Positions 10,273-20,826 of a stretch of DNA of 23,576 nucleotides are shown one piece after another. A model generated the notes under the pieces. That model did not search any database and was not told where the DNA came from. It was given only the letters and a program-made list of their open reading frames with translations. Position 1 is the first letter of the stretch, and every line of letters starts with the position of its first letter. The position numbers were made by a program, and so were the translations under genes. The DNA comes from Paraspadella gotoi (lineage: Eukaryota > Animalia > Chaetognatha). Location of the stretch: NCBI GenBank assembly GCA_051294375.1, contig JBJCIZ010000008.1, positions 1 to 23,576 of the forward strand, read 5' to 3'.

Positions 10273-11274
10273 TCAATTATCAATCATTATCTTTTAATTA
10301 TAGTTTTATTGCTATCATATTAAAATCTGTTATCATAAAATTAAAATGATTCAAAAATGAAAAATTAATCGTGAAGTGACGATAGTGAATTCTTAATCTT
10401 GAATTAACGATATTAAATTGAGTTAGTTTAATAGTAGTTTTGATGGTGAGATCAGTCAATATACTTTCAATTTATTACTTCTTTGGCTCTCTTGTCTTTT
10501 CCCTTTTTTATTCTGTTATAATTATGTTATTTTTGTGATTAATTTTGTAAGGATTCCTTTTTTTCCGGGCTTCGCTTATTCTATTTTCTCTTATGAGGCC
10601 CGGTTCGCGCATAATCGCTATTATCGGTTTAAAGCTTAGTACTACAGTAGTTCAAATCCTTATTGGATCAAAACGAGTTCGATTTTAAGCGAAAGTTGAT
10701 CGATTTGAAGCGCGATTTTCGCGACTGTTTTATTGCCATAACTTTTGAACGGATTATCCAATTTTTATGAAATTTTGCATATAGATAGTATTTTAAATTC
10801 CCTATCGATCGGTACCAAATTTATTTAAAAATACTCAATAGTTTAGAAACGATGCACATCCCCAAATATATTAAAAAAACCTCGGGCTTTGTTCGTCAGA
10901 GCTTAGTTCTATGACGATTGATATTTTTGATATTTTTGATATTTTTCATCTGTGATGCTTTGGTCGAAGACCGGGAATCCATAGATGTAAGATAATATTT
11001 AAAAGAAAGATAAAATAAGGGAAATATTTTATATTCTTGAAATATAGGTATTAAACTTTGTTACAATACTCTGTGATAATAAATTGGTTGTCATTACAAC
11101 GGTCGTCGTGATTGTCAGCAAGAACACGAGGCTCAGTACCCGAGACCATAAGTGATTAACAGAATCAATAGAATTTGTACTTAAATACATGGTGATTGGT
11201 GACTTGTTTCAATTAAGAGAGCCAAAAGTGAATTATCTAAAATTTTAAATCTTTTTTAAAATATTTGACCAGTG

Positions 11275-11643
11275 TTAGTAATATTTTAATTAGCCTCCAA
11301 TTTAGTAATTAACTTTCGTTCAAATTTTGTCTCTCTAAATTTTCTCAGTTCCAAAGTTTAATATTTCATAGATTCCCAGGAACTCAGCGCCTATTTTGTA
11401 AACATTTTGTCTAAGTAGAATAAACAAAGGAAGAGAGATGAGAGGGAGGCCGAGATTTTAGTGTATTCCATTTTTAGATCTCAAGGGAGTAAGACGCAAT
11501 ATTTTAACAACTGTTTGATTTACTAATACAACTTTGGCAATCTGCAATTATTTCAGGTAACTTCAAAAACTAATTAGGCAGACTATGCATAGTTCAGCTC
11601 TCTATCCGTCATCTTTTGAGGGCCACGAGTCACGTTACCAACA
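11275..11643. repeat. About 370-bp direct repeat, copy 1
   Basis: Aligns with 12828-13195 from TTAGTAATATTTTAATTAGCC to TCACGTTACC(A/G)ACA. Confidence 0.9.
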
Positions 11644-11734
11644 CCGGTTTAAATTATTATAACATAAATTATTATTATTTATATAAGTATCATGATTCTC
11701 ATGAATGAGCCTGAGAAAAAAGATTCAAGATAGC

Positions 11735-12490
11735 TAGGAGTCTACGTCGTTCTTAAAAATCAAGGAAGACTTTTTCAATGGAGATTTTCGTTAAAATCTG
11801 ACTACCAAACAATGTAAATGCCCCTGGGAAAAATTCAGGTAAAAAATAGATGTAAAAACACGAGATTCAGATCCTGTTGCATCTTAAGGGCTCGCACTTT
11901 TTTCCTCTTGACAAATAACCATCATTTTGACATCAAACCATCAGATTCAAATGGACTGGTCCACCAAGCAAAATATTTTCGACGCGATTTTAATATATAA
12001 AATAAAGGGATTTCTCAACTTCAATACAATGTAAACGCATTTAAGGTATGTTGTTTTTACAATAAACTTCGAATTCAGGAATCCAATAGCCATATGGTAG
12101 ATCTACTGCTTCTGGACGGAAAAATTTTTCATCTCGCATTTATATAGAAATGAAAGGGATTTTTTCCTTGAAAACATATAAACGTGACTGAGGTATGTTC
12201 CTGTTCAACAAATGAGGTCCAATTTGAAATCCTTTGGCAAAGTGTCTGAAGGGCTCTCAAAATTTTTCTTTACATTTATTAGTTATTTTGATATGATATG
12301 ATCATGGTAAAGTGAATTAGTCCATTTTGGTGAAATTTTTATTTAAAAGTAAAAGTAAAAGAGGAGCTAACGATCGGAATTCTAAAAAGTTTTCAACCTG
12401 GAGTCAGATTCGGGGACAAATCTCCTATGGCGAAAATCTTCCAAAGAAGGGGTGGATTTTCCAAAGTTTTTTGTTAATATTTTCTTTGTA
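11735..12490 (+). mobile_element. Helitron-like or unclassified repeat, copy 3 (3'-truncated, extra internal subrepeat)
   Basis: Aligns with 7794-8405; about 12100-12160 matches copy 2 at about 8725-8780. Confidence 0.65.
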
Positions 12491-12514
12491 TTATTTTCTC
12501 TCTTTTCATGTCCA

Positions 12515-12571
12515 GATGACCAGAACTGGTTCTCAAGAGGTATTAGAAAGGCTATTTACATCAAGGCCCTC
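12515..12571 (+). mobile_element. Penelope-like retroelement remnant (GIY-YIG endonuclease C-terminal motif)
   Basis: Peptide DDQNWFSRGIRKAIYIKAL resembles the recalled E.NWF.RG.KEAIYI..L motif at the end of Penelope ORFs. Confidence 0.5.
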
Positions 12572-12827
12572 GAGTGGAGCACCCAATGCCACCTCAGCCG
12601 CACGGTGATTCCCCTGTTCCTACTCAACGGGTCAGGCGGAAGCCTCACAGCAGGCAATGGACATCCGATGCCTCAACCGAGCCTGCAGCAACTTGGTGTG
12701 ACTCTTCTCGCGCCCAGCGCCGCCCAAAACGACGGCTGCAGGAGGAAGAGGAGTCTGTATCACCGAGAGCTCAAAATGTTAAGCAAAAAAATTTTGATGT
12801 TTTATTACTGAAAATTAGCAAAAACTA

Positions 12828-13195
12828 TTAGTAATATTTTAATTAGCCTCCAATTTAGTAATTAACTTTCATTCAAATTTTGTCTCTCTAAATTTTCTCA
12901 GTTTCATAGTTTAATATTTAATATATTCCCAGGAACTCGGAGCCTATTTTGTAAACATTTTGTCTAAGTAGAATAAAGAAAGGAAGAGAGACGAGAGGGA
13001 GGCCGAGATTTTAGTACATTCCATTTTTAGATCTCAAGGGAGTAAGACGCAATATTTTATCACTGTTTAATTTTCTAATACAACTTTGGCAATCTACAAT
13101 TATTTCAGGTAACTTCAAAAACTAATTAGACAGACTATGCATAGTTCAGTTCTCTATCCGTCATTTATTGAGGGCCACAGGTCACGTTACCGACA
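12828..13195. repeat. About 370-bp direct repeat, copy 2, followed by (GAT)5
   Basis: Aligns with 11275-11643. Confidence 0.9.
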
Positions 13196-13625
13196 GATGA
13201 TGATGATGATTTTTTCAAGTCTTTCGCAATTTTGACCCACTTATCATCAAAATAAACAACTTTTCATAAACTATCTGAACATTTCATAATAAAAGAATTT
13301 AAAAAAAATTTTTTAATATTTCCTATCTATAAATAAATATTAAAAAATTAATTACTATTGCTTCTAGCCATTTTAGAAAATTTTGGTCCATTGAAGGTTT
13401 TCTCAGAAATGTATGAAGTTTCATTTGGGAAGGTTCTCAAATCAATCTTCTGACCCACCCCATTGACAAAGTTTGGCCCTAGCTGAGTCATATCAAAGTC
13501 GATTCTAATAAAATTTACATATATATATAGTTTGGGTTTTTACTTTTAAATTCATATTTAACATTGAAAAAATTTTCATGGGTTTGCAAATGACGTTTTT
13601 TTACCGTCGATTGTAAAATTTTCAC

Positions 13626-13879
13626 CATGTAGTTATCGACTTTGCCAAAAACCATCTTAAATAGCGTCAAGGCTTCACCGCCACCTGTCGGAGTGTTGGG
13701 AGTCGCGGCTGACGGGTTCGACGGCGCTGGCGGAGGACCCATGACGGCGGCAGAGGGCGGCGTCAGTCCGGAAGTCTCGCTCAACGGGGACGTCAACGAG
13801 TGAGAGGGACCGCCGATCGGAGAGAATCCCGGCGAACCGTACGGCGACGACCCAGAGGGCGAAGGGCGTTGGGGAAAGT
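13626..13879 (-). CDS. Exon 2 of uncharacterised gene (Pro/Ser/Gly-rich: FPQRPSPSGSSPYGSPGFSP...EALTLFKMVFGKVDNYM)
   Basis: Poly-T CGCCCAG acceptor, open GC-rich frame, phase-0 donor ATG|GTGAAA (alternative ACG|GTAAAA at 13605). Confidence 0.8.
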
Positions 13880-13921
13880 CTGGGCGAAAAAAAAAAAAAG
13901 ACTAAGACATTTCTCTTTACC

Positions 13922-13947
13922 TAATTAATTAATTAATTAATTAATTA
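13922..13947. repeat. (TAAT)n microsatellite in intron
   Basis: TAATTAATTAATTAATTAATTAATTA. Confidence 0.9.
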
Positions 13948-13968
13948 TATCAAGAAATAAAAACTGAC

Positions 13969-14062
13969 TGGCCATTCCGGGAGGAAAATTGGAAGCAGCG
14001 ATGGAACTGAGGTCTGGACTGAGAGACGAATCTTCCGGCGGCTTCAATGGAAAACCAAACAT
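13969..14062 (-). CDS. Exon 1 of uncharacterised gene (MFGFPLKPPEDSSLSPDLSSIAASNFPPGMA)
   Basis: ATG at 14062, donor A|GTCAGT, phase 1 matches the next exon across an 89-nt intron. Confidence 0.7.
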
Positions 14063-14286
14063 CGTACGTCTTTACCGGCGTCACGCGCTAACACGCCTTT
14101 TGTTATTCACACGCGAGGGAATCGATCACATTTCGGAAGTTAATGTTTTTTTCTTTTTGAAAACGGGTAAGTATATTTTAAATTTTAAAAAAATGCATTG
14201 CGAGCTTTAAATCATTCAATACTTACATTTTAGGCAGAATAATTAAGTTAATTGTTATTTCACTGGCTTATTAAAATGACTACCAA

Positions 14287-14292
14287 TTTATT
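14287..14292 (-). terminator. Candidate polyadenylation signal for EEF1D
   Basis: First AATAAA seen on the minus strand downstream of the stop codon. Confidence 0.4.
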
Positions 14293-14758
14293 TTGATGAG
14301 AAAAAATATATACATGCCCGCAACAAAAGCTAATTTCGGTCAGCGTCATCGACGGGAGCTAGAATCCGCGAGGATTATGGCTCATCGCCGAGTTGTTTTA
14401 GTGCTCGTTAACGCCTGTTACAAAAACTTTATACCTGGAAAAAAGGCACTGGTGATTTTAAAACTATCTTCAAAAAAATATTATCTTAAAATCTTCCAAC
14501 GAAAAATCACATGTGGCACTCGTACAACTTCAAACCAAAATGAAAAATTTCATCACATTTTTTTCGAAACCACTGAAGAGAAAAACAAATCTGATCAGCG
14601 ATGGAATCGGAATCGAAAATTAAAGAGAAAAATCAAAAGACCGATTGGAACGCTATCGGCGTCTGAGGGTCGAAGGAAGTCCTACACGGACGGCAGGGCT
14701 GAGGGAATTGTCTTTGTTAGAAGAGAGTATTAAGACGAATTTTGTCGGCGAAAAAGGA

Positions 14759-15003
14759 TTAAATCTTGTTGAAGGCGGCGACGTCGACGCTCTGGACGTG
14801 ATCTTCAAAGGCTTCGATGTCTTCGGAGAGTTCCTCTACGGAAACCTTTTCGTCCTCCACTACGCAGTTGATGGTGAGCTTGTGGATGCCGAAACCGACA
14901 GGCTTGAGGACGGCCTGTCCCCAGACGAGACCGTCTTTCTCTATGGTGCGGACGAGCTGTTCCATCTCCTTCATGTTCGTCTCGTCGTCCCATGGTTTTA
15001 CGT
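14759..15003 (-). CDS. EEF1D: Elongation factor 1-delta, coding exon 6 (GEF domain)
   Basis: [29 protein letters not shown]...[12 protein letters not shown] is the hallmark EF1B catalytic domain; TTTTTCCACAG acceptor, phase 1. Confidence 0.96.
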
Positions 15004-15461
15004 CTGTGGAAAAAATAACAGAGGTTCCCAACTGATGACCTTCCCATTGTATAAACGTAAAAGATAAAAAATATTCAAAAAAGAAATAATTAAAATGTAG
15101 GATAAAGAAAAAAAATAATTTTCATTAAAGTGGTTTAAAATTATATTCATCACATAAAGGTGCCCCTATAGACCTTTCCCCAGTATGTATCCCTATCAGA
15201 ACTTACAATTCTACATGGTAGTCTTATCCCTATTGGTAAAAAAATCCTATATAACGTTGGTCCCCCTCAAAAAATTATCCATTCCCACCCCTTTCTGTTC
15301 AGCCTCTTAGATATTATGATTTTTCATTAATGACTTTCAATTAGAAAACTAGGACATATAGTAATCTAACCTTGTGTTGTATAGATGCTCCCTCTATTTC
15401 CAGAAGACAACACTGACTTCCCCTTCCCAAATTGAATTATTAGATAAATAAAACATTATTA

Positions 15462-16340
15462 AAAAATCTTAAAAGCATAAGGATCGTCGCAATTGCATAA
15501 GAAAAATCTGGATTGATGACAAATTTTGATACTAAAAAAAATCAATTTTGAAAAAAAAAAAATTTATAAACAGAAAGAAAAAGAAAAGAATAAATAAAGA
15601 ATAGAAAGGAAAGAAAGGAAAGAAAGAATAGAAAAAAAAAGAATAGAAAGGAAAGAAAGAATAGAAAGGAAAGAAAGAATAGAAAGAATAGAAAAAAAAA
15701 GAATAGAAAGGAAAGAAAGAATAGAAAGGGGAAAAAAAGAAAATTAACTTATAAACATGTTATATAGCAAAATGATAACATGCACGAACGCGATGCCTAA
15801 TTTTACGAGTTCAATCCCAATTCATTTTTTTTTTTCAATAAAAACACAGAGAGAGAGAGAGAAAAGAAAGAAATCAAATGGCAGCAGCAGGAGAAAAGAG
15901 AAAAAGAGAGAGCCCCTGCAGAGCCAGCTGCAGACTCAAAAGGCAGCAGCAAAAGCAGCAGGAGAAAATAAAGAAAAAGAACAAGCCCCTGCAGAGCCAG
16001 CTGCAGACTCGTTTTTTTCCCTATGATTATGAATCAGTGAATAGGGAAAAGAGGGAGAGAGACGTGTAATTAAAAGAAAAAAGAGAGAAATATGAAAATA
16101 AAAAAGAAAATTTGTTTGTTTTGATAAAACGTAAACAAAACATATTTAATAACTGTCCAGACTCAATTTTAAGCACATCAATGATGAGAAGCTGTATATA
16201 AATTTTCAGCTTCATAAACCCAAATTTAATCATAAAAAAGGCGATCTATAATTTGGAACGCCGACGACGACGACGACGCCACTTATGCGCAAAAGTGTTA
16301 CAATATCGTCGCAAACGCTTAGCGATTGCGACGATAAAAA
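15462..16340 (-). mobile_element. Helentron-associated (HINE/DINE-1-like) non-autonomous element
   Basis: Minus strand order: T-run, subTIR ATCGTCGCAAT in a palindrome (16304-16336), (GTC)n microsatellite (16262-16277), inverted subTIR at 15483-15493, small CTTA/TAAG hairpin, T-run. Confidence 0.7.
15570..15740. repeat. Purine-rich low-complexity repeat (AAGAATAGAAAGG/GAAA)
   Basis: Directly visible. Confidence 0.9.
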
Positions 16341-16356
16341 GAAAGCAATACATATA

Positions 16357-16981
16357 CAGAAGGCTTCATATTATAAAATGTGGTACTGTGATTGAACCCG
16401 GGACGCACGGATGGAATGAGATGATTTAGCCTGCTCAGCCATTGAGACGAGGCTGAGGACGGACAGCAGTGAGGCAGCTTTAAGTCTTGCTGCCACAGTA
16501 CCCCTTTTTTGTGACCAGAACTCGTTCCGAGAAAACTACTGGACCAAATTTATTGAAATTTGGAATGAACAATCCCTATGACATAGGGATTGTGAATACT
16601 AATAAAACTATCGAGGCGAATTTCAACATTTGACCGCTGAGCCGAGATATGGGCCCCCCCGGGAGTCACCCATGGGGGCAAAAAAAAGTCAAAAATCTTT
16701 TTCACATTTTTTATTATTTTTGTTTTGAACAGTTGCACAAAAACATATTTATTACCTCAAAGATATTCATTTATCTTAATTTTTAGCTTCATGAACATCA
16801 GCAGTTTAAGTCAGATTCGGAATAATTTGGGAAAATTGAAAGTAAAACGATGAACCATTCATCTTCAACCATGCTTAATTATTGCAAATTTATAAATTTT
16901 AGTTCTAAAATGATATTTTTTATGTTTAAAACGTCAATGCACTATGATGCCATACCACATTTTATAATATATAGCCTTCTG
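16357..16981. mobile_element. Tc1/mariner-type MITE
   Basis: About 29-bp TIRs CAGAAGGCTTCATATTATAAAATGTGGTA and TACCACATTTTATAATATATAGCCTTCTG, flanked by TA; second copy from 23421. Confidence 0.88.
16387..16497 (-). mobile_element. 111-bp TGTG..CACA insertion with GTAC TSD and tRNA-like A/B boxes
   Basis: Absent from the MITE copy at 23421; GTAC at 16383-16386 and 16498-16501; minus strand TGGCTGAGCAGG and GGTTCAATC. Confidence 0.75.
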
Positions 16982-17950
16982 TATATTTGATTAAATAATA
17001 TAGATAATACTAAATCTTTCATAAAAATATAAAAGTAGAAAATATTGAAACAAGTAATTTGTAAATTTTCATAGTCATTAGGGCTGCGCATCGTTCGAAT
17101 CGAAGTTCCGATCAAGATCCTTTAATTTTCACTTCTATCAAAACTGCATAGTCAAGGCCCATATAAATTATATCAATATGGGTAGATTTCGAAAGCTTGG
17201 CGTCTTGGGAAGCCAACGGAGGTAGAGCGCGATCGAAATTCCCATTTTATCATGCCCAAAAATGGTATTTAAATGAACTGGTCAGACCGTTTTTTCCCTT
17301 TTCCCAAAAAACCTGCTTGATCTTTTGTAATATAGAACAAATCATACATATCAGTACGGTTTTGGATAGCTTATTGTCTTCTCTACTAGATAAAAAAAAG
17401 AAAAGTTTAAATTCTTGCAATCTTGAATGCTTGATAAAGCAATCAAATGAACTGGTTTTTTATGTGAAAACTGCATAGTCAAGCCTTCATTTTTTTTTGT
17501 TCTAAGACCATCGAAGAAACTGTATTGTTTTTACTATCTGTTTCAGGTAGAGCGCGGGGGTAAATTTAGAGAGTTTATATAAATTTAGAGCAAATAGAAA
17601 GGATATCAAGTTTTTGCACGCTAAAAGCTTTTTTAAGCGCGTTCCGGTCTGTATTGAAAATGGTTGACGTAGGTTATCCAATGAGGACATCAATTAAAAA
17701 TAAGCATTGATCACGCGATCCGGGCCAGATAAATACCATATTTCAACATGGCTTTACCGTAATTTTACGTTTTAGAACGCGGTCTGTATGAAATGTTTTG
17801 AATTTCACGCCCGTGATATTGGCGTTCTAGGCGTCGTTGTCCCTTGTTAGTCTCTTATCTTATCTCTTGAAGAGACATTAATTATTGTTATGTGATAGTG
17901 ACAAAACCGTTCAATAAAATCTTAAAAGCAATAGGGATCGAGCCTACTTT

Positions 17951-18200
17951 TGATGATAACCAAATATTGATGCGATGATAACCAATTATTGATGCGATGA
18001 TAACCGAAGGATTGATGCGATGATAACCGAAGGATTGATGCGATGATAGTCATTCATTGAAGCGATGATAATCATTCATTGATGCGATGATAGTCCTTCA
18101 TTGATCGGATGATAATCATTCATTGATGCGATGATAGTCATCATTGATGCGATTGATTGTCATGTGTTGTCATGTCATGATGCTAGTCATTCATTGACGT
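17951..18200. repeat. About 21-22 bp TTGATGCGATGATA tandem repeat in element B
   Basis: Same array as 9845-10018, slightly longer. Confidence 0.9.
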
Positions 18201-18211
18201 GACGTGACTTT

Positions 18212-19576
18212 GAAAAATAATGCATATTTTAAAAAAGTATGATATTTGAAAAAAGTATGCATACTTCAAAAAAGTAGGCATACTTTTTTCAAAGTATGCA
18301 TACTTTTTTGAAGTATGCATACTTTTTTTAAAATATGCATACTTTTTTGAAGTATGCATACTTTTTTTAAAATATGCATACTTTTTAAAAGTATGCATAC
18401 TTTTTTCAAAGTATGCATACTTTTTTTAAAAATATGCATACTTTTTTGAAGTATGCATACTTTTTTTAAAAATATGCATACTTTTTACAAAGTATGCATA
18501 TTTTTTAAAGTATCATACTTTTTTCAAGTATGCATACTTTTTTCAAAGTATGCATATTCTTTTTTCAAAGTATGCATACTTTTTTCAAAGTATGCACATA
18601 CTTTTTTCAAAGTATGCATACTTTTTTCAAAGTATGCATACTTTTTTCAAAGTATGCATACTTTTTTCAAAGTATGCATACTTTTTTCAAAAGTATGCAT
18701 ACTTTTTTCAAGTATGCATACTTTTTTCAAGTATGCATACTTTTTTGAAGTATGCATACTTTTTTGAGTATGCATACTTTTTGAAGTATGCATACTTTTT
18801 TTAAATATGCATACTTTTTTCAAAGTATGCATACTTTGAAAAATATGCTACTTTTTTGAAGTATACATTTTTTCAAGTATCATACTTTTTTTAAATAATG
18901 CATACTTTTTTGAAGTATCGTACTTTTTTTAAAATATGCATACTTTTTACAAGTATGCATACTTTTTTTAAAGTATGCATACTTTTTTCAAAGTATGGCA
19001 TACTTTTTTCAAAGTATGCATACTTTTTTAAAGTATGCATACTTTTTTAAAGTATGCATACTTTTTTGAAGTATGCATACTTTTTTAAGTATGCATACTT
19101 TTTTGAAGTATGCATACTTTTTTGAAGTACTGAATATCTTTTTTTAAAAATGCATACTTTTTTTTAAAATATGCATACTTTTGCATACTTTCTTCAAATT
19201 GCATACTTTTTTAAATTGCATACTCTTGCATACTTTTTTTCAACTTGCATATCTTTTTTTCAACTTGCATACTTTTTTTTTAACTTGCATACTTTTTTTT
19301 AACTTGCATACTTTTTTTAACTTGCATACTTTTTTTTAACTTGCATACTTTTTTTAACATTGCATACTTTTTTTAACTTGCATACTTTTTTCAACTTGCA
19401 TACTTTTTTTTAACTTGCATACTTTTTTTTAACTTGCATACTTTTTTTAACTTGCATACTTTTTTTTCAATTTTGCATACTTTTTTCAACTTGAATACTT
19501 TTTCACTTGCATACTTTTTTCAACTTGCATACTTTTTTCAACTTGGCATACTTTTTTTTCAACTTGCATACTTTTT
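18212..19576. repeat. Expanded 18-20 bp minisatellite (AAGTATGCATACTTTTTT, then AACTTGCATACTTTTTT)
   Basis: About 1.36 kb array; ORFs called here are repeat translations. Confidence 0.97.
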
Positions 19577-20419
19577 AGCTGATTGGCACTAAATTATTGT
19601 AGGCAAATCCGATATTGTTTGCTCAAACTTATTTATATAAAAATAAGGATTCAGATATGACAAATTTAAATATTAAACCATCGTCATCGTTATTAGTTTA
19701 ATTAATTTTATTCATTTCATCAATTTGTCATAATCAATCATTTTCTTTTAATCATAGTTTTATTTGTTATCATAGTCAAATCAATTTTCGTCAAATTGAA
19801 AATGATTCAAAAATGAAAAATTAATCGTGAAGTGACGATAGTGAATTCTCAATCTTTAATTCCTGATCTTGAATTAACGATATTAAATTTAAATTGACGT
19901 TAGTTAAATAGTAATTTTGCTGGCAATATCACTCGCTATACTTTGCATTCATAACTTGTTTCGTTCTCTTATGTTTTATCTACATATTCTGTTATAATTT
20001 TATTATTTTTATCATTTACCTTTCTAATGATACCTCTTTTCCTTGTTTCGCTTCTTCAATTACTTCTTACGAGGCCCGGATTGCGCCTAATCTCGAATTA
20101 CCGATTTAAAGCTTAGTACTACGCGTAGTTCATCCTTATTGATCAAAACGAGTTTCGATTTTAAGCGAAAGTTGATCGATTCGAAGCGCGATTTTCGAGA
20201 TCGTTTTTTTGCCATACACTTTAAACGGATTATCCGATTTTGATGAAATTTTGTATGTAGATAATATTTTGAATTTCCTATCGATCGGTACCAAATTCAT
20301 TTAAAAATACTAAATAGTTTAGAAACGATGCAGCATACCCCATAGTCATATTCGTTAGTTTGGTCTCGGATTCGAATCAGGATTCTTAACATAGAATTTA
20401 TGTATCTTGATTCATGTAC

Positions 20420-20576
20420 CAAGAAGAACCGAAGACTTTGCAACGAGTGCGGGCTTCTTCGACTTCTTGGCGGCGTAGGCGGCGACGCGTTCTTTCTTGA
20501 CCCGCTCAGCCTCCTCATCCTCCTCATCGTCGGACGCGAACATGTCGAAATCGTCGTCATCCTCATCATCGTCGTC
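20420..20576 (-). CDS. EEF1D: Elongation factor 1-delta, coding exon 5 (acidic region)
   Basis: [52 protein letters not shown]; AAG acceptor, G|GTACAT donor. Confidence 0.93.
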
Positions 20577-20826
20577 CTTTACGGACCACGCGTGGGCACG
20601 AAATATAAGAGAGAGAAAGGAGAAGCGTAAAGGGATTGGAGAGAATTAGGGTGCAACAGAGTTAGTTAAACGCGGAAGAAACGACGGGCGATCGGAAAAT
20701 AGAAACGAGGAAGAGAGAGAGAGAAAAAAATGATTACACGACGGTTTTTGATGGTTTGAAACTTTTTTTATTTCGTTCTTTTTATGTTATTCTAGTTTGG
20801 TATTTTGACGTTGCATGCAGAATTAC

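Larger units (their letters stand above)
8966..10864. mobile_element. Non-autonomous hAT-like TIR element, copy A (1899 bp)
   Basis: Ends TAGGGCTGCGCATCGTT and AACGATGCACATCCCCA; 7-bp TSD AATATAT (8959-8965, 10865-10871); empty-site equivalent at about 8473; second copy at 17079-20342. Confidence 0.85.
17079..20342. mobile_element. Non-autonomous hAT-like TIR element, copy B (3264 bp)
   Basis: Same ends as copy A; 7-bp TSD TAGTCAT (17072-17078, 20343-20349). Confidence 0.85.

Noticed and set aside
15004-15031. Stand-alone EF1B ORF starting TSVIFST, resembling KSSVLL
   Set aside because: This is the polypyrimidine tract and acceptor of the intron; the true upstream residues are in exon 20420-20576.
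14293-15067. Plus-strand ORFs of 146 and 140 aa
   Set aside because: Antisense shadows of the EEF1D last exon and 3' UTR, with non-ATG starts and no recognisable domain.
15030-15155. Intronic C/D snoRNA (GTGATGA box C on the minus strand)
   Set aside because: No downstream CTGA box D or terminal stem.
18183-18832. ORFs with KYAYF/SMHTF/VCILF repeats; superficially CRISPR-like array
   Set aside because: Translations of a minisatellite; no unique spacers, no cas genes, eukaryotic context.
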